Positions 25,101-38,432 of a stretch of 64,000 bases of DNA are shown one piece after another. The DNA lies in assembly GCA_003427395.1 (NCBI GenBank), contig BFEA01000009.1:6996272-7060271 (forward strand), read 5' to 3'. The translations under genes were made by a program, and so were the position numbers. How positions within the stretch are numbered: the first letter of the stretch is position 1; each line of letters begins with the position of its first letter. Below the pieces are notes generated by a model. The model did not search any database. It worked only from the letters and a program-made list of their open reading frames with translations, and was not told the DNA's origin. The stretch is from Chara braunii. Its lineage: Eukaryota; Plantae; Charophyceae.

Positions 25101-26089
25101 TCTTCAATCCTCTGTCTGCAGGTTTGTTCTTCCTCGTTCCTCTGATATGCTATTATTATAGAAAGGACCGATAGGTCTTTAGATATGATTCTAAAGCCAG
25201 TGGTAAGCTACTCTCCTCACGATGGGAACAAGTCCTTTATGGACTGCCAGACCTCATTTTGATGCTAGACCTATTGAACGAAGCCTGGATCGTTTAGATT
25301 ATCAGTGTTCAGTTTAAAATAGTCGTGTTCCCTATCATTGCATGGACCAGGATCAAAGCGTGCGAGGATGGGGTAATGATCTGACATGGAGTCAACCACT
25401 GGGTTGATTGACAACAGGGACTTCCAAGCAGTAGCCTTTACAAAGATCATATCGATTTTGCGCTGGCTACTTGGGGGGATTTGTACTTGGCCAGGGGTCG
25501 CTCGGCCTCAAGTCGCAGGATGCCAAGTGAAACCATAATCGTTGGGGTGTGTTACTCGAAACGTGTCAATTAGACCCAATCTTTCCATTAGGGTTGTGTT
25601 TGATCGAACTGGTCTTACCTTCAATGTATCGATTACAGGATTGAGGGTCACATTCCAGTCCCTTGTTATGATTAAATTATCAACCTCAGGAATTACGTCT
25701 GCAAGTTCTGCCAAAAAACGTAGTCTCTCCCTCCGTTCGGAAGAGGCAAACACACACATAACAGCCCAAGACTCCTCTGCAATCACACCCTTCACCCAAA
25801 CCCACCGTCCCCAATTATCAAAACACTCATTTGTCCATTCAAAGTCTAGGTTACAGTGGAATAGGATTGTCGTTTCTCCTTTGGTTCCGTTAGCAAGGGC
25901 CCACAGTCGTGGCCCATCCCACCATCTCCCCAAGGCAGCTATCTTTTCAGCATCTAACTTGGTTTCCTGTAGGCATACAATTTGTGCTTTTTGTGTGTGT
26001 ATCCAAGTTTTGAGGCGACTGCGTTTTTCCCTACCATTCCTGTCCCCTAGCCCCCTCACGGTCCATGTGGCCACCAATATTGGATTCAT
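22105..26089 (-). pseudogene. LINE ORF2: apurinic endonuclease plus reverse transcriptase, multiple frameshifts
   Basis: EN motifs: ATWTVRGL, IVCLQETKL, DWNVTL, DTFR..HP..FTW, SDHYP. RT motifs: GKVPGEDG, LLNTVYKLL, QGAFVKGRSILDN, LDLEKAYDRV, RQGCPLAPLLF, LADD. Confidence 0.95.
22185..22823 (-). mobile_element. Family A-related retroposon with an internal (ATG)n tract, nested in LINE ORF2
   Basis: T-tract at 22186-22212. 14-bp TSD ACTTCCACTTTATC at 22171-22184 and 22824-22837. GGTTACAGGGC module at 22701. Confidence 0.85.
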
Positions 26090-26099
26090 GTTCGCAGTG

Positions 26100-28750
26100 C
26101 CCGGTTGAAATGTTTATGGATATGACCGGAGTTGCCTGCTGCATTTGTGGCGGCTGGGGTTTTCCTCCTTCTGGCTTCCGGTATTGCTTGGGGCGTAGAC
26201 CAAGGGGAGGTCAAGTTATCCCGGAAAAAAAAGGGATGACAGGTTCCTACCTTTCAGTTTCTGGTTGCACTCTGCTATGAAGTCAATTGACAGGTCGTCC
26301 TCCAGGTGAATGCTAGCCAGATTTGGGTTATCGATCCTGTCGAACCATTTGCCTGGGACCCATACGATCCCTTCTCGTTCTAGAACAGGAAATGCGTCAG
26401 GGGGGATACACAGATCCATAAAAGGCACGTACAAACGATAGCATACTTCCCCTACCGCTTGGCAGACTGCCCTTCCAATTGTGATATTGGGGACCACCTG
26501 ACATGGAAACCTATTATTTAATAGGTTTTTAACACAGTTCAAGATTACCTCATTGCTTGGCGGCATTTCCGTGGGGAACGCCGACATTGTCAGACACCTA
26601 TTACCCGAGTCATAACATAGCACTAGTGCTCCTTGCGAGTCTGGGATACAGATGACCGGAATGATATGCTTGGGAGATGCGGATGCTCCCTTTGGGATTG
26701 AGGTCATCCCCAGCTGAGTGTTCATGTTAGGATCCATTTCTCGCTCCTTGTCCAACTGCCACAAGAGGTCTGAGGTTGGCAGTACAGAGGAAGTTGAAGA
26801 TTCCCCTTCTCAGAAGCCGAGGGATCTGGAGGATTTTTCCTCTCCCAGTTCTCCCACACGAGTGCGGCGCTGTTTTGTTTTGTTAGACATTTATTGCTTT
26901 TCAAGCAAGAATTCACTGGAGAGCGGCCTTTTTCGTTCACTGCCTCCTCATTCCTAACATCATGTGCTTTGAGCCCAGGGGTTTCCCCTGTGTTCCCACC
27001 TCCTCCCTGGTATGTCGGCCCCTTGTTCCTAAGGCCAGCTGTCCCCTGGGTTCCACCTTCTACGTTAACCATCGGGTGGCCTCTCCTTGAGGATGAGTCA
27101 ACCCCCCCCCGAGGAGGGTGATGGCACGCTCACAGTCGGGCAAGGAGAGACCCCTGGTGGGAGTGGTTCCGGCTCGTACACTGGTTATTTTGGCTTCCAC
27201 TGAAGGTTGGTGAGCCACCACCTAGTATCAAGCTAGACATAGCAAACTTCCCATTAAATAGTCCCGGTCCCATCTGGATCCCAAATCTCAGAATTTCCAA
27301 AATGCGAACGTGGAAGATCTGGTGTATCCTGCAGGGAAAATCTTAGGTGGAACTTGGTACAGTGATTGCAGTTGTTAGAGCGTGACATGTGAGGGGGAAA
27401 GCTCTGAAAACAGTCCAATCCCTCTCCTCAAGGTCCCCGACAGCTGCAGGGGCTGACGAAGGAGTTCTTATTTTCGCACGGCGGGCTTTTCCACTCCTTT
27501 GTTGTTGCGGCTCCTCCTCGCGCGGTTCGTCATCGTGTTCGACACGATCGTCAGATCCCTCGTACTCGCTATTGTCCCCGTGGTTGACGTGAAGCTCCCC
27601 AGGACCGTGTGCATGTTGTGCTTCCCTCTTGCTGATAGTGTTTTCACTATCCTCTTCTTCCTCTCCATGACATTCTCTACTTCGCCCCTGTGAGCCTTCC
27701 TCGTCCTCGTCTCTCTGTGTACTCTCTCCATTGCTCCCTTCCCCCTGATCTTCGAAATACGAGGGCTCTGGAAGGCACTGGACATCGGCACCACACATGG
27801 TCGAGGAATGCATAATGCCACGCAAATAGCTGATCGGCTCTTTCCCTCCCATAGGTCGAATCTTCTTCGGCGCTGGCGGCGCCACCGGTCCCTGAATAAG
27901 GTTCTTGCCAGCAATGCTTCTTGCTTTCGGGACAACCGAAGTAGAGAATGATGGCCGAATTGACAAGGCACCTACAGAAGGTCGCATGGGGGCTACGGAT
28001 GATTGTCCTAGTGCGGCCGTTGACATAACACTTTTCGGCTCCGTAATGACGTCATCTTTCTGAGCCACGGCCTCCTGACCTGGAATCTTATTGTTGTCGA
28101 AGAAGTTGAAAACCGTAGGTAGATCAGGCAGTTTCAGTTCCTTACTTGCATCCAGATTGAAGAGATCCACGAGCGATTTACCATATCCTTTATGGTTGCT
28201 CCACTTGAAAGCAACATGTTTCACACCTGCGACTCTCTCGCCTTTGACAACATACAAAAGCAAACCACTACCAACCTCCCCAACACCGCCCACCCACTCC
28301 AACAACCATAATTTATCTTCGTGGACAACGACGGGCACGACTTGGGACCGCTCATGGACAGACTTCTCAGCAGAGCCTCCATGCCCCGCTGTCTCTTGTG
28401 CATAGCTTTGCCGACGACCACTAGACCCTTGCCCACAACCACCAGACCCTTAACCGCGCCACCAGACTCTTCACCACGGCCCGGTATCCGGGCAGGCAAT
28501 GCAACCTCCTTGTCTTGATCAGATCCTCTAAAGCGCCTAGTGGGACCTGAAACCGGTGTACCTCTGCACAGACGTCTGCATCGCAGAGGTTGATGACAGG
28601 CACTGCAAAGTCGCCTTAGACCCAGGCGTCTCTTCTTTCTCGAACCCAACGATTGGGGTTCCTTTCGACTTTTTGGGTGAGTGCTCGAAACTTGCAGAGT
28701 TCCTGGTCCTTGACCTTTTCCCTGGATGTGTATCCGCAGTATTCATTTTG
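26100..28750 (-). pseudogene. Probable LINE ORF1 (long, decayed)
   Basis: ORFs 27343..28338 and 26722..27072 share one frame broken by two stops. They are followed by 26216..26764 just upstream of ORF2. No domain recognised. Confidence 0.55.
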
Positions 28751-28773
28751 CAGAGTCCCTTGACCTACTAATT

Positions 28774-29340
28774 GCCAAGCTGCCAAGGGAAACACCAACC
28801 GACATTGCAAACGCAGCAAATTAGAAACGTCGTTCCCGGATCGTCGTGGTGAACACGATAAAACCCCTTCAGACGATGCCTCTTATCAATGTGTTATTGT
28901 GTCCCACACGACCACCCCAGCTGCGGTACCAACCTTGATCTAGGGTTATCGTGTCGAACACGACAACAACTGTCCAACGAGCATCGTCGCCTTCGACACG
29001 CCAGGTACTCACCCGGCATCCGGGATTGTCGTGTCGAACACGATTTCGGGACTCGGGCCAAGCTGCCAAGGGAAACACCGGCCGACATTGCAAACACAGC
29101 AAATTAGAAACGTCGTTCCTGGATCGTCGCAGTGGACACGATAGAACCCCTTCAAACGATGCTTCTTATCAATGTGTTATTGTGTCCCACACGACCACCT
29201 CGGTTGCGGTACCAACCCTAATCCAAGGTTGTCATGTCGAACACGACAACAACTGTCCAAAGAGCATCGTCGCCTTCGACACGCCCGGTACTCGCCCGGT
29301 GTCCAGGATTGTAGTGTCGAACACGATTGCAGGACCCGGA
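28774..29340. repeat. 283-bp tandem duplication at the left edge of the palindrome tract
   Basis: GCCAAGCTGCCAAGGGAAACACC at 28774 and 29057, colinear afterwards. Confidence 0.9.
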
Positions 29341-32300
29341 CGCATGCGGGGCGGCAGAAGAAAAACGTTGAGGTCGGGGGTTTCTTTTGCTTTCCAATAG
29401 TGTGCAGTCTCGTTAGAAGGAGGATGGTGTGGTCAGGGGGTTTTCCTGCTTTCCAAAAATGTACAGACTAGAATACTGACTGCCCATCATCACCCCCCGC
29501 CCACCGAGAACAACCTTCCAAGAAGCATCATCGTGTTCGATCCGACGTTCGTCGTTGGTTGTCATGTTCAACACGACGATCGTCGTTTCGGAGGATCACT
29601 TATTCCCTTCCGACGATTCCTCTTAGGAGGATGGCATAGTTTTCGACACCACCCCACACTGGACAGTGGTGCCCTCCCGCGCTGCGGGGTTGTCGTGTCA
29701 AACACGATAACACCCTCCTCAAAAGGATTTGGCGTCAGTGTCGTGTCGAACACGACAACAGTCACCTGAGAAAATAACTTGTACATCGAAAAGGACATAT
29801 GCATGACGGCAATCGAAACACAAGGTGTTTTTCCTTTACATTGTTTTAAATTGTCATACACATAACATAGCATGCATAGATGAACCAACCCTTAGAACTG
29901 CAAGCGAGGTATGTCAAATCCACAATATTAGCAGAACAGCATAATGGACAACATTTATGAGTTCGCAGGCAATAGAAATACATGATGAGGACAACAATAA
30001 AAAAATTGTGCACTCGTCGCTCAACGCAATGTTCGGAGATGAAGTAGTCTGAAGAACTATAAGCACGACATTGGCGTTATGTTCATGATACTAGAAAAAA
30101 CAGGGGTTTTAAGAGCGGACTGATTGTAGTGCAAAACCGAGTGCTTTCAAAGCACCGACAATGGAAGCGACAAACGACTAAACGAACGGAAAAATGATAG
30201 GCTGAAAAATGTCAGCTACAATCACTATAGAAATGACAAATTATGCAAAACATCTATAGACAACGGGGAACTGTCCCGCTATTGTAACCATTCAATGTCT
30301 TAAATGTTGATTCAAAGGTCAGATATTGTGGTTTCTCAGCGGTAGCCGTCTCTGCAAACACTGAAATGTATTTCATGCAGACAAAGCCGGAATTTCTGAC
30401 GAGGGAACTCCCTATAGCATACCGTATAGAGGCCACTTTTGTTTCAACCTCGCGCCATGCACTAACGTCGTCCACCTTACCACCGATCACGATATTCAAT
30501 TTCCCATCGACTTCTCTTTGAACTAAACTCATATCCCTTCTGGACATAGCCAACTCATTCCTGGACACGTACACGACAGCGTCAATCAAGTTTCTAATCC
30601 TGTTGGAACACGCAGTGCAAAGGACCCTGCAAAAGACGAAGTATCCCAGACACAATCTTATACAGCAATATGACACTGCTCAAGCCGACAAACCAGGAGA
30701 TCACAACGGATACTGATCGAGGTATTGTGGATGTCGCGCACAGTCGAGCAACTCCTGCTTCATCACACGGCACCATGTGCGTGGCGAGGCAGTCACATAT
30801 TCGCAGTCCAAAACAACTTAAAGGCGGTTTAATTTCAACTGTTCACACAACAAACGCAAATGCACTTGAGCTAACACATCAGATGGAGCAGGAATATAAC
30901 TTATGAATTCTTGTATGTTAATGAACTTATAGTCGTTTGCCCACAGGCACTTCCTGATCATGCTCTCCCACTGATACTCCCTCCAGGAGTCCAGATGTTC
31001 GTCGACAAATGGGACGACCGTCATCCACGGATCAGACTCGAAGTCCGCTAGACTCGCGCCGTCGACGGTTGTACGCTCTCGACATCGTGGGACGTGCAAT
31101 GCGCAGTGGGGGAAAGGGTGTGCCTTTCGCTTATGCCAAACAACAGGGGTCATCCAGCGAGAGATGCCCATCATGATTTCGAAGCGCCCTGCACGACACA
31201 AGTGCAGCAATCAACAAAAGCGCATGGCCGATGAAGAAGAGAACAAGCGTTCTCGTCCCGACAATGCACACAACCAATGCTCAGACGACATTGCATTGCA
31301 CATGCCGACGAGTTGCACATACCAACCATGCAGACATTCGCTGACTGCCCGCACACGACATCCATTGCGTAGGGCTGGAATGTTTCAGGGACTGCAAACG
31401 TGTTGAAGCTGGCATCAACCCAAGACGGCAAAGACACAGGGGAATGAACTATTTGTTCATGTTCGGCTTTGTGGTATCCTCGACAATTGTCGTGTTGAAC
31501 ACGACGATCGTCGCTCTACGGCAGTAACCGGTAACGGACCGCTTGGTTTAAAAAACCCGCAAGGTATTGTACACGGCGGCGGTTGTTGTGTTCAACACGA
31601 CGACCATCGCTCAACTGCTCATGTCAACACGACGTTGGCGGCGGATTGTTGTGCTTGACACGACGGCCAACATAAGTGTTGTGTTGGCGATGCTTGTCGT
31701 GTTCGACACGAGAACTGACCGTCATATTCTCATGCTCTAAATACCTTGGTTGTCGTGTTGGACACGACGATCTGGCTCTGAGGTGTCATCTGGCCGTGGG
31801 CATTACACTGTTGTGCGCTGGCCCTGGTATTACACTGTTGTGTGCTGGCCCTGGGCATTACACTGTTGTGCTCGGGCCCATATCTTCGAGTGCGATGATG
31901 CCTTCAGGAGACCGTTGTCTCCGTCACGGTCATCGTGTCGAACACGACAACCACCGTCGGTGAGGCCTTATCAGTTCGCAGCTCCAGGGCAACGTATCTG
32001 TCGGAGTCACGCCCACACAACACCTCGGGGCCGGATCGTCGTGTCGAACTTGAGAACCATAGCAGCTTGCCGCGAGCATGAGACATTGGGGGCTGGTTGT
32101 CGTGTTGAACACGACAACCAACTCCACCACAGCACTGGTGAAGGTTGTCGTGTTTAACACTTCAAACAGGCCGCTGACGTCTCATGCCCGCAACTGAGTG
32201 CCGTGGTTGTCATGTTCTACACAATGATCCGGCCTTATGGTGTTTTCTAGTCGTGTGCATTAGAAAGTTTTGTATGGTCCATCTCGTCAAACGCAATGAT

Positions 32301-35300
32301 GCCCTCAGGTGACCATTGTCTTCGTCAGCGCAGCTCGAGGCTATTGTATTTGCGTGAATCGTGTCGACGGCTAGATAACACCTCGGGGCTGGATCATCGT
32401 GTTGAATGCGACAACCATGGCGGCTCACGTTGAGCATAAGACGTTGTCGTGTTGAACACGACAACCAATGCCAATACACCATTTCAGGCCCGGATCATCG
32501 TGTCGAACACGACAACCACGGCGGCTAGCCGCTGGCATTAGACGTCTGCGGGCGAGCGCTAGTACTGCACTGGCGATGGTTGTCGTGTTGAACACGACAA
32601 CCAACCACAGACGTGTGATTCCTAAGGCTAGCCGCCATGGTTGTCGTGTTCGACACGATGTTCTGGCCATGGAGTGTTGTCTAGCCGTCGGCATTACACA
32701 TTTGTGCATGCACGGTCCATATCGTTCAACACAATCGCTTTGTTCAACATGATCCCCGCAGCTCGAGGCTATTGTCTATGCCTGAATCGTGTCGACGGCT
32801 AGACAACATCTCGGGGCTGGATCGTGGTGTGAAACACGACGCCCACAGCAGCTAGCCTTGGGAATCAGACGTATGTGGGCGGTTGTCGTGAACACGACAA
32901 CCAACGCCTCCAGTGCAGTACTAGCGCTCGCCAAGAGACGTCTAATGGAAGCGGCTAGTCGTCGTGGTCGTCGGGTTCGACACGATGATCCGGCCCTGAA
33001 GTGTTGTCTAGCCATCGGCATTAAACATTTGTGCATGCACGGTCCATCTCATTCAACACGGTTGTCGTGTTGAACACGATCGTCGTTTTGAACAGGCAAC
33101 CGCCGCCATCGCAACTCGAAGGTAGACAACACCTCGCGGCTGGATCGTCGTGTCGAACACGACAACCACAACGGCTTGCGGTGACCATGGGACGTACGCC
33201 CCTGATTGTCGTGTTGAACACGACAACCAACGCCAGTGCAGTACTGGGGGTGGTTGTCGTGTTGAACACGACAAACGCCCACTGACATCTGATGCCAGCA
33301 GCTAGTCGTCGTGGTTGTCGAGTTCGACACGATGATCCAGCCTTGGGACCATCGTGTTCGACACGATCGTCAGATCATTTTCATGTTCACTACGACTCTA
33401 ATAAACTTGTCAAGTTCCTCACGCGTTTGTCGTGTTCGACACGACAACTGCTGCGCCAATAGTGCCACGTGGCAATTCCTGGTTGCAGATGGGGGCTTGG
33501 GAAAGATCCTCACCGTCTGTCCTCTGTCCTTCTGTCCACGACAAGGTCGCTTCTTCAGCCTCTCCCTTCGGTATCAATGGTCCACTCCGAACGTGCTCCA
33601 CGCCTTCAAATTGCACCTTGATGGCTCTCCTCTGTGTCGAACGTCGTGTGATGAATGACTCCACTCCCGCCGATATGCGCTGATGTCCAGCTATATTCTG
33701 CAACGAGACAAGAGAGTGATAACATGAGAAGAAAGCGGAGGAGGCGAAATGTAGTCCGATGTCTGGCCGCGATAGTAGCAACGTCCACTGAGAGCCTACT
33801 ATCTTCCGTGACGCGACAAGAGACTGAAAGCAATAATGACGGAGGAGGCGGCCCACTACTGCTTATATACTGGGGTGCCTGAACAGTCTCGTGAAGCGAC
33901 AACCGTCCGATTGAGTCGATCCGACGGTCGCAATGGTCCTGTGGCGGAATGCTTGGACGGTCGGGTGCTTTTCGCTGGCCTGCCGTCACCTACGCACCGT
34001 CGCAAATTTGCGTTGCAGCCAGGCGCTGTGCAGGAGGGAAAATAAAACGGCAAAATGGAGGAGAGGGCCCACTCCTGCTTATATACTGTGGAACCTGTCT
34101 CCTCCCGCGAACTGTCGGCCATCCGATGGATTCGATTCGACGGTGCCGATGGACCTGTGCCATGAAGGGGGTTTGCCGCTGGATGCCTCGTTCGAACATA
34201 ACACCTTCCGCTCGAGTACATGTCTCATTTCGCATTCTCCATCGGCGTCGATCGGGTGTGCTGCAGCGAACGCTTTCACGTTCTTCATCGCCGTCGAAGG
34301 GGTGTGTCACAGCGAGCGGTCATCCGTGACACAACTTGTTGCTGGCGGCATTGACCAAGCAAAGCGGCTACTGTGGGATTGTCGATCTCCTTCACACGAG
34401 CGCCGGTCTACTCTCCAGGTAACTGAGCCACCCCTCTAAAAGTGCCCGACATATATCTCTTCGCTTCTCGTCTTGGAATCGTTCGTCTGAAGTCTGCAGT
34501 AGTCGGGAAGTATCTGTGTGATCCGTCGATATGTGTGATCGACGGCCACGATTTATCCTTCCGTGCTTTTCATTTGATGACGTCAACGACACTGCTCTAC
34601 CTTAAGCGGAATGTGTCTCCTCTATCATCTTTGCAATGACGCGGTCTTCGTGTCGAAATCGATAACCAGTTGGAAACATGTCCAAAACATTCCCTGCATG
34701 AGGTGGTCGTCGTGTCCAACACGATAACCAGTCGGGCAAGGTGCCCAATACAACCGGTTGCATAGGGTGTCGTCTTAGCCGACACGATAACCTTCCGACG
34801 GTCATCGTATCCAATACAATGACTAATGCCCTTCACGATATATTCGTTATGTCCGACACGATGAACCAACGTCAAGGTGACCAACGGTCGTTGTGCTATC
34901 CAATGCCAAGCACTGCAGACAGAGGTGGACGTTCCGATCGTGATACCTGGTCTATGTTCACCCTGGCGCCGGTGATCATGTCCATGATGTGGTTGTCATG
35001 TCCAACCGGATAACCAGTCGGATCAAGATGCCTGTAAACCCGTCTATCCGACTCTCGTGGTGTGCCACGCGAATGCCTCTCCGACGGTCATCGTGTCCAA
35101 CACGAAGACTCAAACTCTGGGCACGCATTGGTACTCATATCCGACACGATAACCTGCCAGCGGTCAATCTACATCCAAGATCCCTGCCGACGGTAGGTCG
35201 TGTCGTGCCATCCATGGTGACTGATCTATGTTCAACCTCCGTCTCGGAAAGCTCTCGCCTGTTCCCTACAAGAGTGTTTTTGGTGGTTTGGACTTCGAAC

Positions 35301-36500
35301 GGCCGACTCTTTGGCACATAGTGAAGATTCTTAACGACGAACGGTCACGATAATAAGTTGCTGTTGTGAGTTGGGAAAGCTTAAGAACTGGGGGCCTTCC
35401 AAAGTCCTCGTGTTCGACACAATGAACATTGATCTGTGTTCAACTTTCCAACGGTGTTCGTGTCCATGATGTTGTCATCGTGTCCAAACCGATAACCGGC
35501 TGGACAAGGTGCCTATACCACCCGTGTATCCGGCTGTCGTGGTGTGCAGCGCGACGGCCTGTCCGGCGATCATCGTATTCAACGCAAAGACTGAACCTCT
35601 TTGCATGCATTGGTATTGTTGTCCAACACGACAACCTGCCTGTGGTGATTGTTAACCAAAGATGCCTACTAGCGGTTGTCATGTCGTGCCAACCGTGGTG
35701 CCTGAACTGTGTTAAACAATGATAATCGTGACCGGCACAACATGCTGCTCATGAATGAACAATAAAGTGATAAATGGCAATAAGGGCTCAACACTCTTTT
35801 GCACAGCTTGCATAACGCATTCACTAGTGGTTAATGGAAGGCCCAAATTTCGGCGAATTTTGGCAAAATTTTCACTGAAACTGCCATATTTCCAGAATTT
35901 TTACTTGCGACTAGAGGACGACTGACTGTTTCACACATACGGAGGGTGATGGATGACAAATTGCAAGCGGTGTCAAACAGTCATAAACAAAGAGCACTGC
36001 TGGAGGGCATGGCATCTCACGAAACGTGTGCATGGTGGTCATTTCCTAAGACTCATGACTGTCTCACCCTATCGACTGCCTAGCATCGTAGGACATCGCA
36101 TTATGAGAGCACACGTGTGGCATTGCTTCTAAAGCAGCGTCTCGTGGTATTCAGTGCATAAGATGTTTTCGAGAGCAACCGCCTTCAACAAAAGCCTCCG
36201 TCTGGGAAGCTATCGCGTGTCCCCTACAAGAGTGCCTTTGGTGGTCCAGACTTCGGACGGTCGACTGTTTGGCACATACTGAAGGTTCTCAAAGACAAGC
36301 AGTCTTGACAGCATGTTGATGATGTGTGTCAGGAAAACTCAAGAATTGGAGGCCTTCCAAAGTCGTCGTGTTCGACACAAAGCTGGTTGTGAATGCCCGA
36401 CAAGGATACCATGAAGATTGCGGATGCCTGACATGACATTGAAATCCGATGTCCTCGGGATGATGACGGTGAGTTGGTTTTCGGGTGTCGCACACACTCG
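28840..36500. repeat. Dispersed array of GTTGTCGTG-TTCRA-CACGACAAC near-palindromes
   Basis: Clear copies at about 28946, 29738, 31487, 31929, 32096, 32443, 32578, 33143, 33205, 33252 and 33426. About 40 or more by eye, including degenerate copies. Confidence 0.92.
30254..31190 (-). pseudogene. Exon-like remnants of an unknown gene within the palindrome tract
   Basis: Two protein-like open frames (30254..30626 and 30818..31188), each starting right after a TGCAG acceptor-like site. Confidence 0.35.
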
Positions 36501-38432
36501 CGGAGTTGTTGCCGCCCCCAACCCCACCTGAAGGGAAGAACAAGCAGACAGAGAGCAATGGGTCAAGGGGGTGAATGACCGCGGGGGGAAGGGGGGGCGG
36601 GGTTGAGAAGGCCGCTCAGGCACAAATGATTGCACGACCCCAAGGCAGGGAGCAGCCGGGGGGGGGGGGGGGGGGGGGGGTTGAAAAACCGGCTCAGACT
36701 TAAATGACTACACGACCCCAGGGCAGGGAGCAGACGACCGTTATTGAAACCGATTCTGATTACTCATCATGTGAACACAAAAACGGTTTCTTGAACCAAT
36801 CAAAGTAGGGGAACGAGTTCCTTAATTTTATGTACCGATGTTGATGAAATGGGCATGTAGCGACACTTTCAGCGACCGTGTTGTTATGGATTTCTAAGAT
36901 TGTTTGTTTTTTTCAGTTCCTCGTATTCGCTAAATGTTTTTTTTTCGAAATTCGTTATTTCTCCATTCACTCCCTAGTCATGCAATTGATGAACAATAAT
37001 GCTTCGTTATGGTCGTCTCAACAACAACATGTTCGCGCCTTGAATGTTAATCCACTCATTTGTCCTCATACACTCAATATGCCTTGCGACACTTCATATT
37101 TGCAAGTTGAATATGCAACGCTGGCAAGTATGGACTGCGTGGCATCTAACACGTTACTGGATGAGAATTGTCATGCGGATATGCAAGACCTCGCTATGTA
37201 CTCTCCTGGCTCCGAAGATGTAATTTGTAACAACACCTGCACTCCCGACTCACGAGCTTGTAAAAGGATGAGAGAATGTGAATTCGACGCTGCTACTTGC
37301 GAGAGTAGTTCCCCTGCCGTTCAACGTCCACGACTGACGAGATCACCCCAATTCGATAATGCAAGTCATAATGTTGATGATTGTCACGCTAACAGGTCCA
37401 CATCTGATGTAGACCATATTCTATGGGTGCCCAAAAATTCACTCTGGGATTCCAAACACGATAGTCTTCATAATTCTCTTGATTTTCGATTCGCCAAAGA
37501 AAAATTGAACTCATACGAGGAAAGGGAAGAGGATGGTTGGCGCTCAAGTGCCTCAATTGGTTCTAGTGCCGATAATTCTCCCGATAAAGACAATCATCCA
37601 GGCAATGACGACAACAGTAGTTCTGACCATTATTGTTGAAATCATGACGACAGTAATGACCTTGTTTCAGATTTTGATGATATGTTACCAAAAAGATTGT
37701 TATCGGAAAAACGTTCGTATATTTATCGAAAGAGAATGTCAAGATCAAACAACGCTTGAGAGTCTGTTCACCAGAAGTTAACCAGGAAAGCGTTAGCAAG
37801 CGTTAGTGAGAAAGATTGTTGTAGACGAGAGTGTTGTGTTCACATGACCTTAGATGACATCAAAGTTGCTCGAAGCGCATATTACCCCAAGGACCATAAA
37901 AATAGAGATGCGTGGTGGATTGAGACTTTGAAAAGTTTCACATTCGTAGAAGACGGCAAGGAGATTGTGCAACCTATTGTGGAAAAAAAAAAGGTATGCA
38001 TCAGTGCATGGTGTTTCACGTTAGGCGTTTGTAGAAATACGTTTATAAAGAAATGGACGACCTTGTCGAAAGGTGATGTCATGCCAGAGCATGATATCAC
38101 TGTACTCGTACGCACATCTGATACCTATGTAGCAATGTATGGTAAACTAAAGTCATTTATACGTGAAAACGGAGATTCAATGTCCAACGACATGAAGACG
38201 AGAAATGGAGAATCGAGGGTGGTTTTGAGATTGTCCGCCTGCTACAATAAGGTGGTTATTTACAAGTTGTTGAGGATGCAATTTGACAATATGGACATTC
38301 GCACTGTTTCTCTCCAAGTGTTTTATAACATGTGGAGAACACGCTTCTGGCATGTAAACTTTCATGATATTGATCAAAATTTTACAGAATGTGAGAAGTG
38401 TGTGGAATATAAAGAGTCTATCAATTTTGCAG

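Larger units (their letters stand above)
18063..28750 (-). mobile_element. Near full-length decayed L1/Tx1-type LINE with two nested insertions
   Basis: APE endonuclease, RT, C-terminal zinc finger and a T-tract at 18063-18072 lie in the correct order. Removing 19442-22104 and 22185-22823 restores the ORF2 frame (..THDKVEVWERQTNDGLLGNILTFKEEGESGNPYLMEEVRV..). Confidence 0.85.

Noticed and set aside
31480-33450. CRISPR array (palindromic repeats with intervening sequence)
   Set aside because: Repeats occur in both orientations, spacing is irregular, spacers are homologous to one another, there are no cas genes, and the context is eukaryotic.
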